A stretch of 64,000 bases of DNA from Octopus sinensis (Eukaryota). The notes beneath the pieces were generated by a model, which was not told the DNA's origin, ran no database searches, and saw only the letters and a program-made list of their open reading frames with translations. Both the position numbers and the translations under genes were made by a program. Shown here piece by piece: positions 23,413 through 37,656 of this stretch (positions are counted from its first letter, which is position 1; each line of letters begins with the position of its first letter). The stretch is from assembly GCF_006345805.1 (NCBI RefSeq), contig NC_043012.1:22196001-22260000 (forward strand), given 5' to 3'.

Positions 23413-25551
23413 CAGAAGTGTGTACCACTTTTCATTTGTGGGGCCACTTTCGAACATTGGAACAACAATTAGGACCAGTCACCATCAAAAATATGTAATC
23501 TAATGGCAACTGGTGTATTGAGGCATAAATACATATTCAAACAATAAAAACAAATAAAATTAAGTTTAGTTTTATTAATGTTAGATTTGGTATTTTGTGT
23601 TTTTGCACAATTTATCAATGTCCGCTTTGACTGATGAGGTGGAAACTCGAAGCTGACTGGTCAGATGTTTACCTGTGAGCTGACTCCAGTATCTGTTTCT
23701 TGGAAATTTCATTCTTGGGAAGAACTGCTCACAACAATATGTGCTGTCAAAAAGTAACCAAGTCATTGCTATCGTATGCTCTTTTCGAGTTCATATCAGA
23801 TTGTAAATCTATCAGCTCCATTTCACACCAATCGGGACGGTCCTCAGGTACCAAGTCAAATAGCTGAGAAAACAGCTTGAACTCAGATTCATATTTCCTG
23901 AAAACAACAAATCTGCTTGTAAATTCAGCACACAACTTACCAACACTTTCAGCATATTTGGAACAATCCAAATCTGGCATTTCTGCTTTTCTGACAGCTG
24001 GACTGGGAAAATGATGACTTTTACCTTGCAGTTTAACATTTAAATCTGATGTCAGTTAGGAAAGCAGTGTCATTTAACTAGTCACCATCATTTAAATAAG
24101 CAACATCTTTTTGCTTATTTACCTTGAATGACCCGATCTCCTTTCTTAGATCCCAAAATCTTCTTAAAGTAGCAGCTCTACTGAGCCAATGCACTGCACA
24201 GAAGTACACAACATCAGGGTAATCCGAGTCAAGTTCTTCTAAGAAGGTCTTAAACTGCCGATGATTTAGTCCTCAAGGAGGAATTTAATTCGCACATTGA
24301 ACAATATTTTCCCCAACATCAGTAAAGCCGAGTACTTTGGTGCACAAGCTTTCCTGGTATATAATGGCAGTGATTCACCACAACCTCTTGTGAACCGATG
24401 GTATCCAAAAATTTCTTGGTGAATCCATTGTTCTACCTATCATTAAGGGTGACCCATCAGTTGTTAAGCCACACAGTTTAGGAGGGTCAAGTTGAAACTT
24501 CTCCATCAACTTCAAGATTTGTTTACTAATGTCTTGTCCAGTGGTTGTTGAAGACATACTGGCCCTGTCCAAAAATTCTTCAGTTATTTCAAAATTGTCA
24601 ATAACTCCTCATTCACACACAACCAATTTGGCAGTGACACATCTGTGCTTTCATCAAGAGCCAAACTATATACTGCACATCTATTTATCCTCTCCTTTAA
24701 AGTCTCTTCGATATTTTCTGCAAGTTTATTCATTCTGCGCGAAACAGTAAAACGAGAGAGACTGGTTTGCTGCAATAAATATTTCTTTTCTGGACATGCA
24801 AAATCAGTAAATATGCCCAAGCAACATTTTATGAATTCTCCATCATTGAAGGGTTTCTCCTTTTCTGCGATTGATTCACAGATTTTGAAGCTAGGCTTTG
24901 TTACAAGGCTTTCTAATAAAATGTAAATACTCCTTGTTGCTTCTTAATTGACTTGGTCATCTGTTCTTGTGTGTCCACTAGAGCTTGAACGACCAATGTA
25001 TCATATGTGGTTGAATTTTTCATTGCATAATGATGTTTAACGTTGTATTCCTTCATTATGGCTATTGTAGTCTGACAGATTACTCATACGACACTTTTGT
25101 TGAGCTGAACAACCTAATATTTGTTGCTCCAGTCATTGTTGAATATTCTTACCTCATCATCAATTTTCCGATTTTTAGCATCAGACATCTTTACCTGCAT
25201 AAAATATGAAAAATATTAAAACAGTTTGAATTATCACAAGGTTAAGGGCTCAAAGAGTGCAATTTTCTAGAAATTTGAATTGATGGTTTGTCTTTTAGTA
25301 ACTATAAGAAATGGGTAATAAGTTCAAAACAAAGTCTTCTTGTGTAGCACGCTTGAAATTCAAAAATGCGACGTCCTTAATATTTAGTAAGGTCGAATCG
25401 AAAACTGTAAAATTTGTCTTAAAGCTATGAAAAAAATTCGAAATTAGTGTACGAGGTAAAAGAAAAAAAAAAAAAAACGGTCAGCGTGGACCACACTGAT
25501 TGGCCTGGCGGGCCGGATTGTGGCCTGCGAGCCGTCTGTTGCATACCCCTG
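23413..25551 (-). mobile_element. Full-length decayed hAT transposon (Buster/Charlie, GTF2IRD2-like transposase)
   Basis: GKPFNDGEFIK, SLSRFTVSRR, SLALDESTDVS, TTDGSPLMIG, WLSRAATLRRF and FDSTYCCEQFF motifs with many stops. TIR CAGGGGTATGCAA with a degenerate partner at 23413. 8-bp TSD GTTTAGAC (23405-23412) / GTTTAGAT (25552-25559). Confidence 0.9.
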
Positions 25552-25830
25552 GTTTAGATGTTTGTTATGATAGGTGTGTATTGTTGGCGTTGGAATGGTC
25601 GTATTATTCTTACTAATTTTTGTAACTATTTGGTCTCAAGTCAATCCTCGTAGACCGAAGATTGAAAACACTTCATTCAACTTTTAAAATACACCAGGAT
25701 ACCACGTTCTGTGATTTTATTTGAAATGGGTTTGTTTATCTACTTCATAAGATATATTACCGTTGCTGTTGGTGGTTGTATTGGCGTTGATGATAGAAAC
25801 ACATACATACATACATACGTACATACGCAC

Positions 25831-26010
25831 ATGATAGATCGCTAGCCACTAAACCTTTTTCTATTTTCTCTCCCTCTTTATTTCTGTGTTCCTTTCTGTC
25901 GAAGAGCTCGAAACGTAAAAGACTTTCTCACTTCCCGAGCGTTAAACTAATACATCTGTTTGTTGTTTACACACCTGTCTTCGGCTTTCGTTTTTTTTGG
26001 AAATTCTCAC

Positions 26011-26012
<2 letters not shown>
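25831..26012 (+). mobile_element. Family A mini-element (stem II partly deleted)
   Basis: Homologous to 19003-19186. Motif ctttctgtcgaagagctcgaaacgtaaaag at 25892-25921. Confidence 0.7.
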
Positions 26013-26076
<64 letters not shown>

Positions 26077-26204
26077 GCTCTCACATTATGTTCATTATAT
26101 ATATATATATATAAAATATATTAGAGACAAAACCACTATTTGCAAAACAAACAAGGAAAGACTTAATCAATACATAAAATGTTAATAAATAGTCAAAAAA
26201 ACCG

Positions 26205-26247
26205 CCACTACAATCGTTTCTTGTCTTGATCGACAATCTTCAGGTGG
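26205..26247 (-). ncRNA. Putative minimal type I hammerhead ribozyme with canonical core (family C)
   Basis: ccac-CUGAAGA-ttgtc[gatcaa]gacaa-GAAA-C[gatt]G-U-A-gtgg. 4-bp stem I, 5-bp stem II, GUA cleavage triplet. Confidence 0.65.
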
Positions 26248-26484
26248 ACTTCCAATAAGTCAGTTTCAAATTATATATATATATATATATATAGACATGT
26301 GTGTGTGTAACGTGTTGATAGTTTTGCAAATCATTTACTAAATACTTTGATCTTCACTACAGCGCAAGTGGCCATTGAGTTAAGAAGACTGCGCAATACG
26401 AATTTCCGTAAGAGCGAAATTACAGACCGTATCCCAAAACTAGTGGTCATACTTTACGGTTTCTGTAAGCGCCAAAACCCGAAA

Positions 26485-27181
26485 CCTAGGGTAGCCGTAA
26501 CGCGGGGGTGCATTTGTTTTGCCGTCTCTCCTTATTTGGAGTGTTTGCTTTGCAAAATGCGTTGAACGGATTTAGATTCTCAAAGTTTCCCATTGACGAA
26601 GGGATAGTCTTTCCCGGGTGCAAAACTTTTTCCCCACGTGAGTTCCAGACCCTAGTAATGAACTCATTTGCATACAGCCAATCAGAGCTCACCTTGACTT
26701 GTTGTCAAGTTAACAAAGGTTAACATTCAAAATGGCGATCTGCGATTGAAATGCGAATCTTGCATTGTGCTCTCATTCAGATGCCAATATCATCGTGGAT
26801 GATGTGCTAGCAACCCTAACCCTTTAATGTTTTACAAAGTAAAAACCAACACAAATGACTTCGCAGAGGTAGCCATGGTTGGAACAAGAACAACAAGCAT
26901 TATTAAAAGAGAAAAGAAGCATAGTTGGTCATTCCTTACCCAAGTGACCTTATCTTATCGCCCATCGCTTCTTATGCGCTCATAAATTAGTTTGATAGTT
27001 GAGCTCTGATTGGCTGTATGCAAATGAGTTCATGACTGAGGTACGGAACTCTCTTGCGAAAACAATTTCGCTTCCCTGATGACTCTTTCATGAGGCGGCA
27101 CTTTTGGGTCTGCAGTATAAGCCTGTATCGGCTTATAACTTGGTGGTGGGGTCGTGGAGAAAATTCAAAGGCTACCCTGGG
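26485..27181. mobile_element. About 700-bp imperfectly palindromic element, probably a non-autonomous DNA transposon
   Basis: Ends CCTAGGGTAGCC / GGCTACCCTGGG, a perfect 34-bp inner inverted repeat (26658-26691 / 27000-27033), and degenerate arms between them. Confidence 0.5.
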
Positions 27182-27279
27182 CGGCACACACTATAGCTAG
27201 CTCACTACTAGTTGAGGACTCCTGGATGAGATCCATGACCATAATATTCGAGCAGTGTGTCGCCTGGTTCTGTCCTTGT

Positions 27280-27380
27280 TTTTGTCGATCCCGGTGGCAT
27301 TTGAACTCAGAACGTAAAGACGGATAAAATTCCGCTAAGTATTTTGTCCGGGGCAGTAACGATTTCGCCAGCTCGCCGCC
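27280..27380 (-). mobile_element. Degenerate SINE family 2 head
   Basis: Reverse complement of ggcggcgagctggcgaaatcgtt..gagttcaaat. Confidence 0.65.
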
Positions 27381-27929
27381 GCCTTATGTCGACTCATAAT
27401 AAAAAAGTTTGTCATTAAACTCTGTGTGTGTTTATGTGCGCACGCATGGGTATATATGGCGGCCGTCGACTCGTTGTCGAGTATAAGCCCCCCCCCGCCT
27501 CCCTTAGCACGCTTTCGCTTTTTTGTGTGGCGAGGTGGGGGATGATTTTCCTACTTGCGGCTGACTACAACTTCTATTCAAAATTACAAATATTTATACA
27601 CAAACGCACATAGACATAGGTGTACATAAGATATATATATATGTATATGTATATGTATTATGTATGTATGTATGTATGTATGTATGTGTGTATGTGTGTG
27701 TATAGAAGTACATATACGCAAAATATATTTATCTGAACGCATACGCATATATACATTATACATACTTAAGGCGAACAACATTTTTTTCTTTGTTCAGCTC
27801 ATCTTAACCAACAGCTCAAACATTAATGGCCGTTACACATGCCAGTCGTCTGCTAGTTTTTTGGTATCCTAATAAATTGAATAAAAAAAATATGTAACTC
27901 CTACCCAGACAAACACACACACATTCATA

Positions 27930-29305
<1,376 letters not shown>

Positions 29306-29679
29306 GTGGTGGTGGAGTTATCGTCATCGCCACAGTCATCACTTCTCTATCTTCATTATGAACTGTAGAATATCTGTGCAGATATCATCATCATCATCAA
29401 CATCATTATCATCATTATCATCATCCCCATCATCATTATCATCATCGTCATCATCATCATCGTCATAACTTCGTAAACTTTAGCGTCATTGTGATATCAT
29501 CATAACCTCTAGAATCTGGATTATTACCATCAACAATGTGATATCAGTATAGACGCTATCACCATCATCACCATCATCACCATCATAGTTATCATCATCA
29601 TAAGCAACATCATCATCGTTGTCATCACAAGCATCAACTACGCGAACGATATTATCATTAGCAAAATTATATCACCGTC

Positions 29680-29713
<34 letters not shown>

Positions 29714-30704
29714 TCATGATCATCATCCTCACCACTATCGTGAACAACATCATCATCACCACCACCATAAACACTGGAACTGCTGTTGTCATCATCCGCA
29801 GCCCTGTTACGATAAAAATCATTCTATTGTTCAAACGAGAATGTTATCTTCCAGTTTGAATTTTTTTTAAAGAGAATTATGGCACAGAAATAGTGAGAGT
29901 AAAGGGAGAGTAGGAAATGTAGAGGAGGTGGGAGTGAAACACACAAAGCGACAATATTAGAATACAAAGCTCAGAGAGAGAGAGAGAGAGAGTGTGTGTG
30001 TGTGTGCGCATGTGCATGTTCGTTTATATATTCATATGAGTACAAATATATCTAGGCGCCCTCCATGTTACGGAAACGTCTTGCTCTTACGTGAAATTCC
30101 GTTGTCTGAAACCTATTTCCATTAATTTCTATATTATAAGAAAGCCAGTGAACGTGAAAATCAATGCTAAATGCAATTTGCGTTACGGTATTCTGTTACA
30201 ACTCGCCTAGATATAGGCACGTATCTCAGCATATATATATATATACATATATACATTTGTGTATGTGTGTGTGTATCTATATATATATATATATATGTGA
30301 GTGTGTGTCTGTGCGCGCGCATATATGTGTGTATATATATATGTGTGTGTATGTATAGATATGTATGTATATATATATATATATTATATATATATATATA
30401 TATATATCATCAACGTTATTATTTAACGTCTATATTCCATGCTGGCATGGGTTGGACTGTCTTCTGGCATGGTTCCTACGGTTGAATGACCTTCGGAACG
30501 CTAACCACTATACAGCATGTACTGGATGCTTTTCTCGTGCATATGCACGCGCGCGCGCGCACACACACACACACAAATGTATTCGTAGTGAATTTCCTTT
30601 AAAAATATCCATTTTTGTGAAAGATATGAGGAAACAAATTCAGGTTAGGCACATGTGAGTAAGTATGTGAGTAAGATAGAGACAATAAGATAGACAGTTA
30701 CATG

Positions 30705-30705
30705 C

Positions 30706-30771
<66 letters not shown>

Positions 30772-30894
30772 GTTGATTGATAGATAGATAGATAGATAGA
30801 TAGGTTGATTGATAGATAGATAGATAGATAGATAGGTTGATTGATAGATAGATAGGTTGATAGGTTGATAGATAGATAGATAGATAGATATATC

Positions 30895-30947
<53 letters not shown>

Positions 30948-30958
30948 GCAGATAGATG
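30705..30958. repeat. (GATA)n microsatellite
   Basis: Direct observation. Confidence 0.95.
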
Positions 30959-31855
30959 TTATCACAGCTTATTTCAGACGTTTATATAAAAACGCAACTA
31001 TGACTCAACTTGTTTGTGCGCTGTACTTATTCCCAGTTCCACAGATAGAAACTCTCTCAAATATATAACAAAACTTCAGCCCATCTCACCAACTATGGCC
31101 ACCGTCCGATAAAATGTGATTGAATAGATTACTTTCATTTGCCGCCTGCCGACTCATCATCTCAAATTATGGTTATCCAGATCTCCAGATTGAAACGATC
31201 TTGTCAATTTTTCCGCCGCCATTGTATTTTCCGCCGCCAACAAAATAACATTCATCCGAACAGTAAGCTTTCATTCAGAAATTCTTACGATGTGACGATG
31301 GCGATTCTTACGAAAGTGACGATGGCGAACTTCTTTTATCAATATTTGAAAACAGTTTCACTGAGAAATAAGCATGTAAACACAAACAAACAAAAGAAAA
31401 GGTTTCTAAAATACGAAACAAGCAAATATGGCGTTAAACGAGATTTAGTTTTTTTTTTAAAAAAAAAGGGACCGTCATGGAGATCATTTTTTAACGTTCC
31501 CTTTTACTTGCTTGCATGGAGTGGGCAGAGTTTATTTGAGACAGATATTCTATGGCCGAATGCCCTTCCCGTCGCCAACACATACCTCATTGCAAATAAG
31601 ATAATATCTTTCTGTGGCCAGTTAGGTTTTTTTGCAGAATATTGGAAATGAATGACATTCATTTACAGCAATCACGTGATGACAGGACAAAGAAATACAT
31701 AAACATACTCAGGTGTGTGTGTGTATGTGTGTGTGTGTGCGTGCGTGCGCGTGTGCTTTTGTGTTTGTTACGTTTTTGTTAATTTTCCTGTTTCTAGTGT
31801 TCTTTTTATTCAGCCCTTGAAATATCTGTGTAACGCAACGCATCTATTTGTTTAC

Positions 31856-31899
<44 letters not shown>

Positions 31900-32105
31900 A
31901 AGGGTGAAAAGGAACACATGAGTTGATATATATGAAAAAACAAGTCAAAATAGAAAATGCTAAAATAATTTTATAAAGAACATTTCAGTACCGGTTTCGG
32001 TCATTTTGAGACATTTTCAACTGTAACGATTAAATAATTAAATTTAGAAAAATTAGAAGAAAAGTTTGGGATCCTGTTGTGCAGGAAACACGGTTATGCC
32101 TGTAG

Positions 32106-32162
<57 letters not shown>

Positions 32163-32164
32163 GA

Positions 32165-32585
32165 AACTGTTGTATATAGTGCTCAGGTGCACCACAACTC
32201 ATCAAAGGTACATGTACAGTACATAGAATTATGTACAAATGTCAAAGTGAACAGTGTATGACTCATGATATACATGCATGCATATGAAGGTGGGGATATC
32301 AGGTGTAGTGTTGGTGAATTTCAGGAAGCATGGACGTTTTAAAGGATGCAATGTCTCAGCAGCTAACGACTGATGCTGGTAGTTTTTTTTCCATGCTTCA
32401 GCAACTCTGAGTGTGATAAAATGTTTATGAAATTTATGGGAGCTGTTATGTTTTCTGACTTTGTAGGCATGCCCACATGTGTTAGACACATGGGGCTCAA
32501 AAAGGTGCTCAAGGTGGTTGTTGGTACGATGGTTAATAATTTTGTGGGTGTTTACTAAGTCAGTTGCCAGACATCGGAGCAAGGC
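32165..32585 (-). mobile_element. CR1/L2-like LINE 3' fragment
   Basis: SNTCGHAYKVRK..HFITLRVAEAW motif and a 3' UTR shared with 57192-57436. Confidence 0.8.
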
Positions 32586-32595
32586 GTTATATATA

Positions 32596-32697
32596 TATCA
32601 CCGTGACCGACGAGGCTATCAGATGTTGTTACATATCGCTGGTCACAATGCGCTTCGCATTCTTTTAACCTTCAAATAACGCTACCCCGCTGGCTAA
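32596..32697 (-). mobile_element. SINE family 3 tail type a (head separated, at about 33822-33862)
   Basis: Matches 17974-18090. Confidence 0.75.
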
Positions 32698-33821
32698 GTT
32701 GCTTCGGGCAAGTGGGCTCGTCAACCCGTGAGGGTAGCCCACTTAGGGAAAGAGAAACCCTGATTTCAAACCTCTGCCATCTTGCGGGATACCTGATCAC
32801 AGGAAAGGCTCCAGGAATGAACCTCGAGGAAAAATCAGGATTCGGAGCCCCTAAGGAGCTACGTCGGCCTTGCAGCTCCTGCGACCACGCTGGCACCAAA
32901 CTGTAGCAGCCCACTGTTCCTTTGGATTCGTCAGCGAGGTGGAGAGGGGGACAAGTTGCATGAGCAACAACCTGATCTCCATACTACATTGCCCAGGCTC
33001 ACATCCGTCCATGCCATCATTAAACATGCACACCTTCACCTGGAGAGGACACTCCAGCTTCGCCAATTATTTGGTGTCGACACAACACGGGAAGCAGCAG
33101 ATACTGGTTATAAGCCTTTTCTCAATTGGCGTGCAGTGCAGCGCCAGGGGTTGCTTCCGACGGTGGGAGAGATCTTCGAGTCTCAATGGACAGTTACCGC
33201 CCGCCTCAAGTTGGGCAGACCCCAGCCAGTAAGGTGTTGTCCCGCCACGGCTTGCTTTCGTCATTGGGTGGATGGGGATTAGGAGAACATCCGACAAGCA
33301 GATTGTCGACTACCGCACCAGGCAAAAAGAGAAAAGCTATCAAGAAGGGACCAGCTCTAAAAGTGGGATGCTGGAATGTCTGGACAATGATGCCTGGCCT
33401 CTCCCAGGACCTTCAGAACATCAGTGGCGCTAGGAAAACAGCAGTCATCAACGAGGAGCACAAGAGACGAGGAGCACATCAACGAGAAGCACAAGCATCG
33501 ATATCGCTGCTCTGGAAACACGGTTAGCCGATGCAGGCACACTGAGGGAGAGGGACTACACATTCCTCTGGAAAAGGAAGAGCTTTGATGAGCCCAGAGA
33601 ACATGGAGTAGGCTTTGCAATAAAGAAGAGCTTGCTGAGGATGGTAAAACCAGGCATCGGCGGCTCCGAGCGGCTCCTAGCCCTCCGCCTCAACACTACC
33701 GAGGGCCCCGTCACCCTCGGCAGTGTGTATCCCCCGACAATGTCCGCCCGCCACCCCGGATGTCAAGGATGAGTTCTTCGAGAACCTTGCATCCACTATC
33801 AAGAGCATCCCCATTAGCGAA
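32698..33821 (+). mobile_element. RTE-clade LINE 5' fragment (5' UTR + AP endonuclease, frameshifted)
   Basis: LKVGCWNVWTM, RKTAVIN, REHGVGFA, GSERLL.LRLNT and DVKDEFFENL are RTE endonuclease motifs. Confidence 0.8.
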
Positions 33822-36059
33822 CAACTTGAGCCGAATGCCCTAACCGCTAAGCTATGCGCCTTCACGCTTGTGAAAGCTAACACTCATCGGTTGCTTACAG
33901 CAGTGTATGAACTATTCTTATCGGTAATATCCATCTAAAGCTCCATGGACCACAACGTCAAACAGTAAGCGTGTTAGCCATTCCCACGATGTGGTACCAG
34001 CGGCAGCGCATGAACCGGCCACACCTCCTCAACTGATTCATTGTACTCTGGAAGGAAAAGACGAAATTATTATTTTGAGTAAGTTTTCTTCTCTTCTCTT
34101 TATGTAAATGCCTTCAGCTGAAATTGAACGTATTTCCGGAGATGAACAGAAACCAAAATAATAAATATTTCTTTTCGCTACTCGAAAACATGGGAATGTC
34201 CTTGTGGTGGCTCAGTTTACTAGAAATAACAGCTAAATGTCTCTCAAAGGAAAGTCCACTGACTTAAACATTTGAACTGAATAATTCTTGCCAAAGTGGC
34301 ACATAAGGTTTCTTTGCCCCTCTCCCTCTTTTTCTCTTTCTCATCCTACGCTGCTCTGCCGATGGCCGTCGTTCTCACCTGGTTCCACGTTCCCCATTCT
34401 TCTCCTTCCAGGTTAGGGACCCCTACCTTTACAAAATGTTGTACATTCTTGTGAGTTTTTGAAGTTGTTTTAACCAGAAGGGTCTCTTTCGAGATCTGTT
34501 GATTATTCTTCTACTCAACCTTCAAGGCCTGAAAAGAGTTGGTTTTCTGTCCAAGTTTCCTTTCCTTGGGCAATCACATCGTTGCCCATGCTTACCAACT
34601 CCATCTGCCTGGGATTTGAACTCGGAGTTTCTTCTTCTTGTAGGACTTGTGGCTCTCCTACTCGATCAGCTTTGTCTGTAACTCCTCTCAAAGACGATGC
34701 CGAGAACTTGTCTTAATATCGCGCCGGCCGTTTGCATCTGTGACACGTTAGTCTCGACCGAGGACATGCACCGCTTTGCCCCCTGTCCTCAGGGAGCATC
34801 AATATTACGATTACAGACTTCATCCCAGCCTTAAGGACGCAGGGAGCACTCTAAACCGGAAGCTTTTAGCAGGTGCTAAATATGGTGCTAATATGGTGCT
34901 AAATAGAAGATGGGATAGTCATGGCTGTAACGCCTTTAATTATAGATCTGCCAATGAGGTCTGATTTGAACCTATTGAAAAATATATCATTTGAATTGGA
35001 AATTCAGATGTGTCGCTTTTTGATTTTAAAAAAAAATCTAACTTAAAAATAAAAAAAACACAGAGGTTACTAGATCCCCCTGATGTACAATATATTTCGC
35101 CCCGCATATTGCAATCAGATTCGCTCTTCACTGCATTCAGTGTGCTCTGGAGTTAACTCCCTTAGATTACTTAATAAGAATTAACATTGAACTTTATGAC
35201 TTTTCTCTTCCTAACGAATGCACTTTCAATAGAATACTTGTATTAATTTCGGAGGTAAACTTAGTAGGATTTGATCTGACACCGTGTGTTGAGACTAAAA
35301 CCAGCATGGAAGACACACGTAGGCTTTCATAAACACACAAAAACTCTAAACTTTACTCAAACATTTATGATTCATAATTTGTTATCTGGTATCAAAATTT
35401 ACGTCGCACGACCTATGACCTGGTCACTGACAAGAGAACACTGAATCTCATGCGAAGAAAATTTTGTCATGAAGACTGTGTTTTTTTTTTTTTTTGGCGT
35501 TTTTATTTTTCGACGCTGCGTTTGTTCAATTTATTTTTGCCGAAAAGGTTAAACATGCTATAGCCCTCAATTGAGGCACATGTTCTTCATGCAGAAGACG
35601 TCCCTGGAAGACTTTTTTTCAATGTCAATATTGCAAAAAGTACTTATAGAACAAATAAGAAGTTATTAATAGGAAAACTAAACTTTTTTTTTGTTAATTA
35701 ACTCTCAGACTTGGAAAGGCTTGTATTGTCGGATAAAATTTCATCGATTTTCTTTAATTAATTGAACTAAATAGTTGTAATTATATTTTGGAATAAATTG
35801 GGGAATTAATTTGTTATTATTTTATTGTGTTTATCATCTTCCATATTGATATTCAAGCTAATAATTGTAGTAATGTCTTTAACATGGCAGGGTTGTGGGA
35901 CACTGGGAATAGAATTATAGAACCAAAGTCATAGAACACACACACACACACAAATACACACACACACACACACACACACAGTGCATGATTTGCGAGTTAA
36001 TGAGGGAACATCTATGGGGTCGTGCTACCTTCTCGACATAACTGTCAATTCTCCTTCAA

Positions 36060-36435
36060 ATTGTGGCTGTATGGCAAAACGCTTGCTTCCCAACCACATA
36101 CTTCCGAGTTCAGTCCCATTTTATGGTACCCCGGACCAACCAAAACTTTGGAAGTGGACGTGAAAGTCGGAAACTAAAAAAAAAAAAAACCCAACTCGTC
36201 GTATATATGTGTGTGTGCATGTATGTGTATTTGTCCTCTACCCCCGCTTAGCAACCGGTCTAGGTTTGTTTACGTCCCTACAACGTAGCTATTCGACAAA
36301 AAATACTGGTAAAATAAATACCAGACTTTAACAAAAAAAAAATAAGTACTGGAGTCGATTTGTTCGACTAAAACACTTGAAGGTGGTGCCCCAGCATGGC
36401 CGCAGTCGAATGACTGGAACAAATAAAAGGTAAAG
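36060..36435 (+). mobile_element. Old SINE family 1 copy
   Basis: Degenerate head; 3' half ends ggtgccccagcatggccgcagtc..aaaggtaaagg. Confidence 0.7.
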
Positions 36436-37656
36436 GAACAAACACATACACACACACTCACACACACATATAATATATCTGTATTTTGCGGCACGGTAGA
36501 CGCTACACGAGGAAGAGATACTTGGAAATTTAATTCCAGAAAAAATATTTTTTTATATTTAACAAAACCCCGTCCACATGAGTAGACAATGCCCAGTTGG
36601 CACGTGGTAAATGTCTGTTATCGGACAAAATTGGTGGACAAACCAGCTGAGACCCCTGGCCATCGTGCGAAATCACCAGAAAATGGTCATTTATCTGCCA
36701 GTGAACTACAATAATTTGTGGTACCCAACACAATCTGCTGACCACATACCAGCTGCCGGCGCTCTCTGCCACTGCCACCAGCCAACTCAGGTTTACGATA
36801 ACACTTCGCTGCGCACTGGTTAGTTGTGCATATATGAATAAATAGAATAAACATGCCAAAGATGTCTCTCTGTGTAGTAGCACCGACCTATAAGCAGAGC
36901 AGCCCGGGTATGCGTGAATGGATTAATATCTATTTAAGAATTTCAACTATGAAATAAGAGAAATTTGGCAAATATTACATGCGGGAAAGATACGTCCTTC
37001 TAATGGAGGGGCCCAACCTAAATCCTCTTATTAGTTTCTATCACTAGGCTGTTGTAATACATTCTTTGTGATAGCCTAATGGTTACATTTTGGGACTCAC
37101 GATTGTAAGGTCGCGGTTTCGATTCCCAGAGTGAGCGATGTGTTATGTCCTTGACCAAAACACTTCATTTCATATTACTTCCGTCTGCTCGGCGCAAAAT
37201 GCGCGAAAGCAACAACTGGGGAGTTAACTACGTTCTGGGTTCTAATTCCGCCGAGGTCGACTTTGCTTCTCGTCCTTTCGGAGTCCATAAAATAAGTACC
37301 AGTTGTGTACTAGCGTCGACGTAATCCACTGACTCTTTCCCCAACAATTTCACGCTCTGTGCCTTTGGTAGAAAGGGTTGTTATTATTATTATTATTGTT
37401 GTTGTCACCATTGTTGCTGGCTCGGATCCCAAAAGCCTGATCCTTTTGCAACAGACCTTTGACACGAAGGCAAGATGGTTGAACCGATATTTGCATCTTG
37501 GATCCCAAATTACCACGGATTCTTCTGAAAGAGGGAAATACATTTAGATTAGACGGGAAGATTAGATAGAGGGATAAATATAGTTGATAGAAAGGCAAAC
37601 AGGGGTAGACAAGGCATTGATAAACTGATTTATGTATGTATGTAGATAGATACATA

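Noticed and set aside
35405-35425. Nuclear-receptor DR1-like CGACCTATGACCT
   Set aside because: A single short motif, expected by chance in 64 kb.
36500-36830. Possible exon or transposase relic
   Set aside because: Only faint DNA/WPS-like phrases; cannot be supported without a search.
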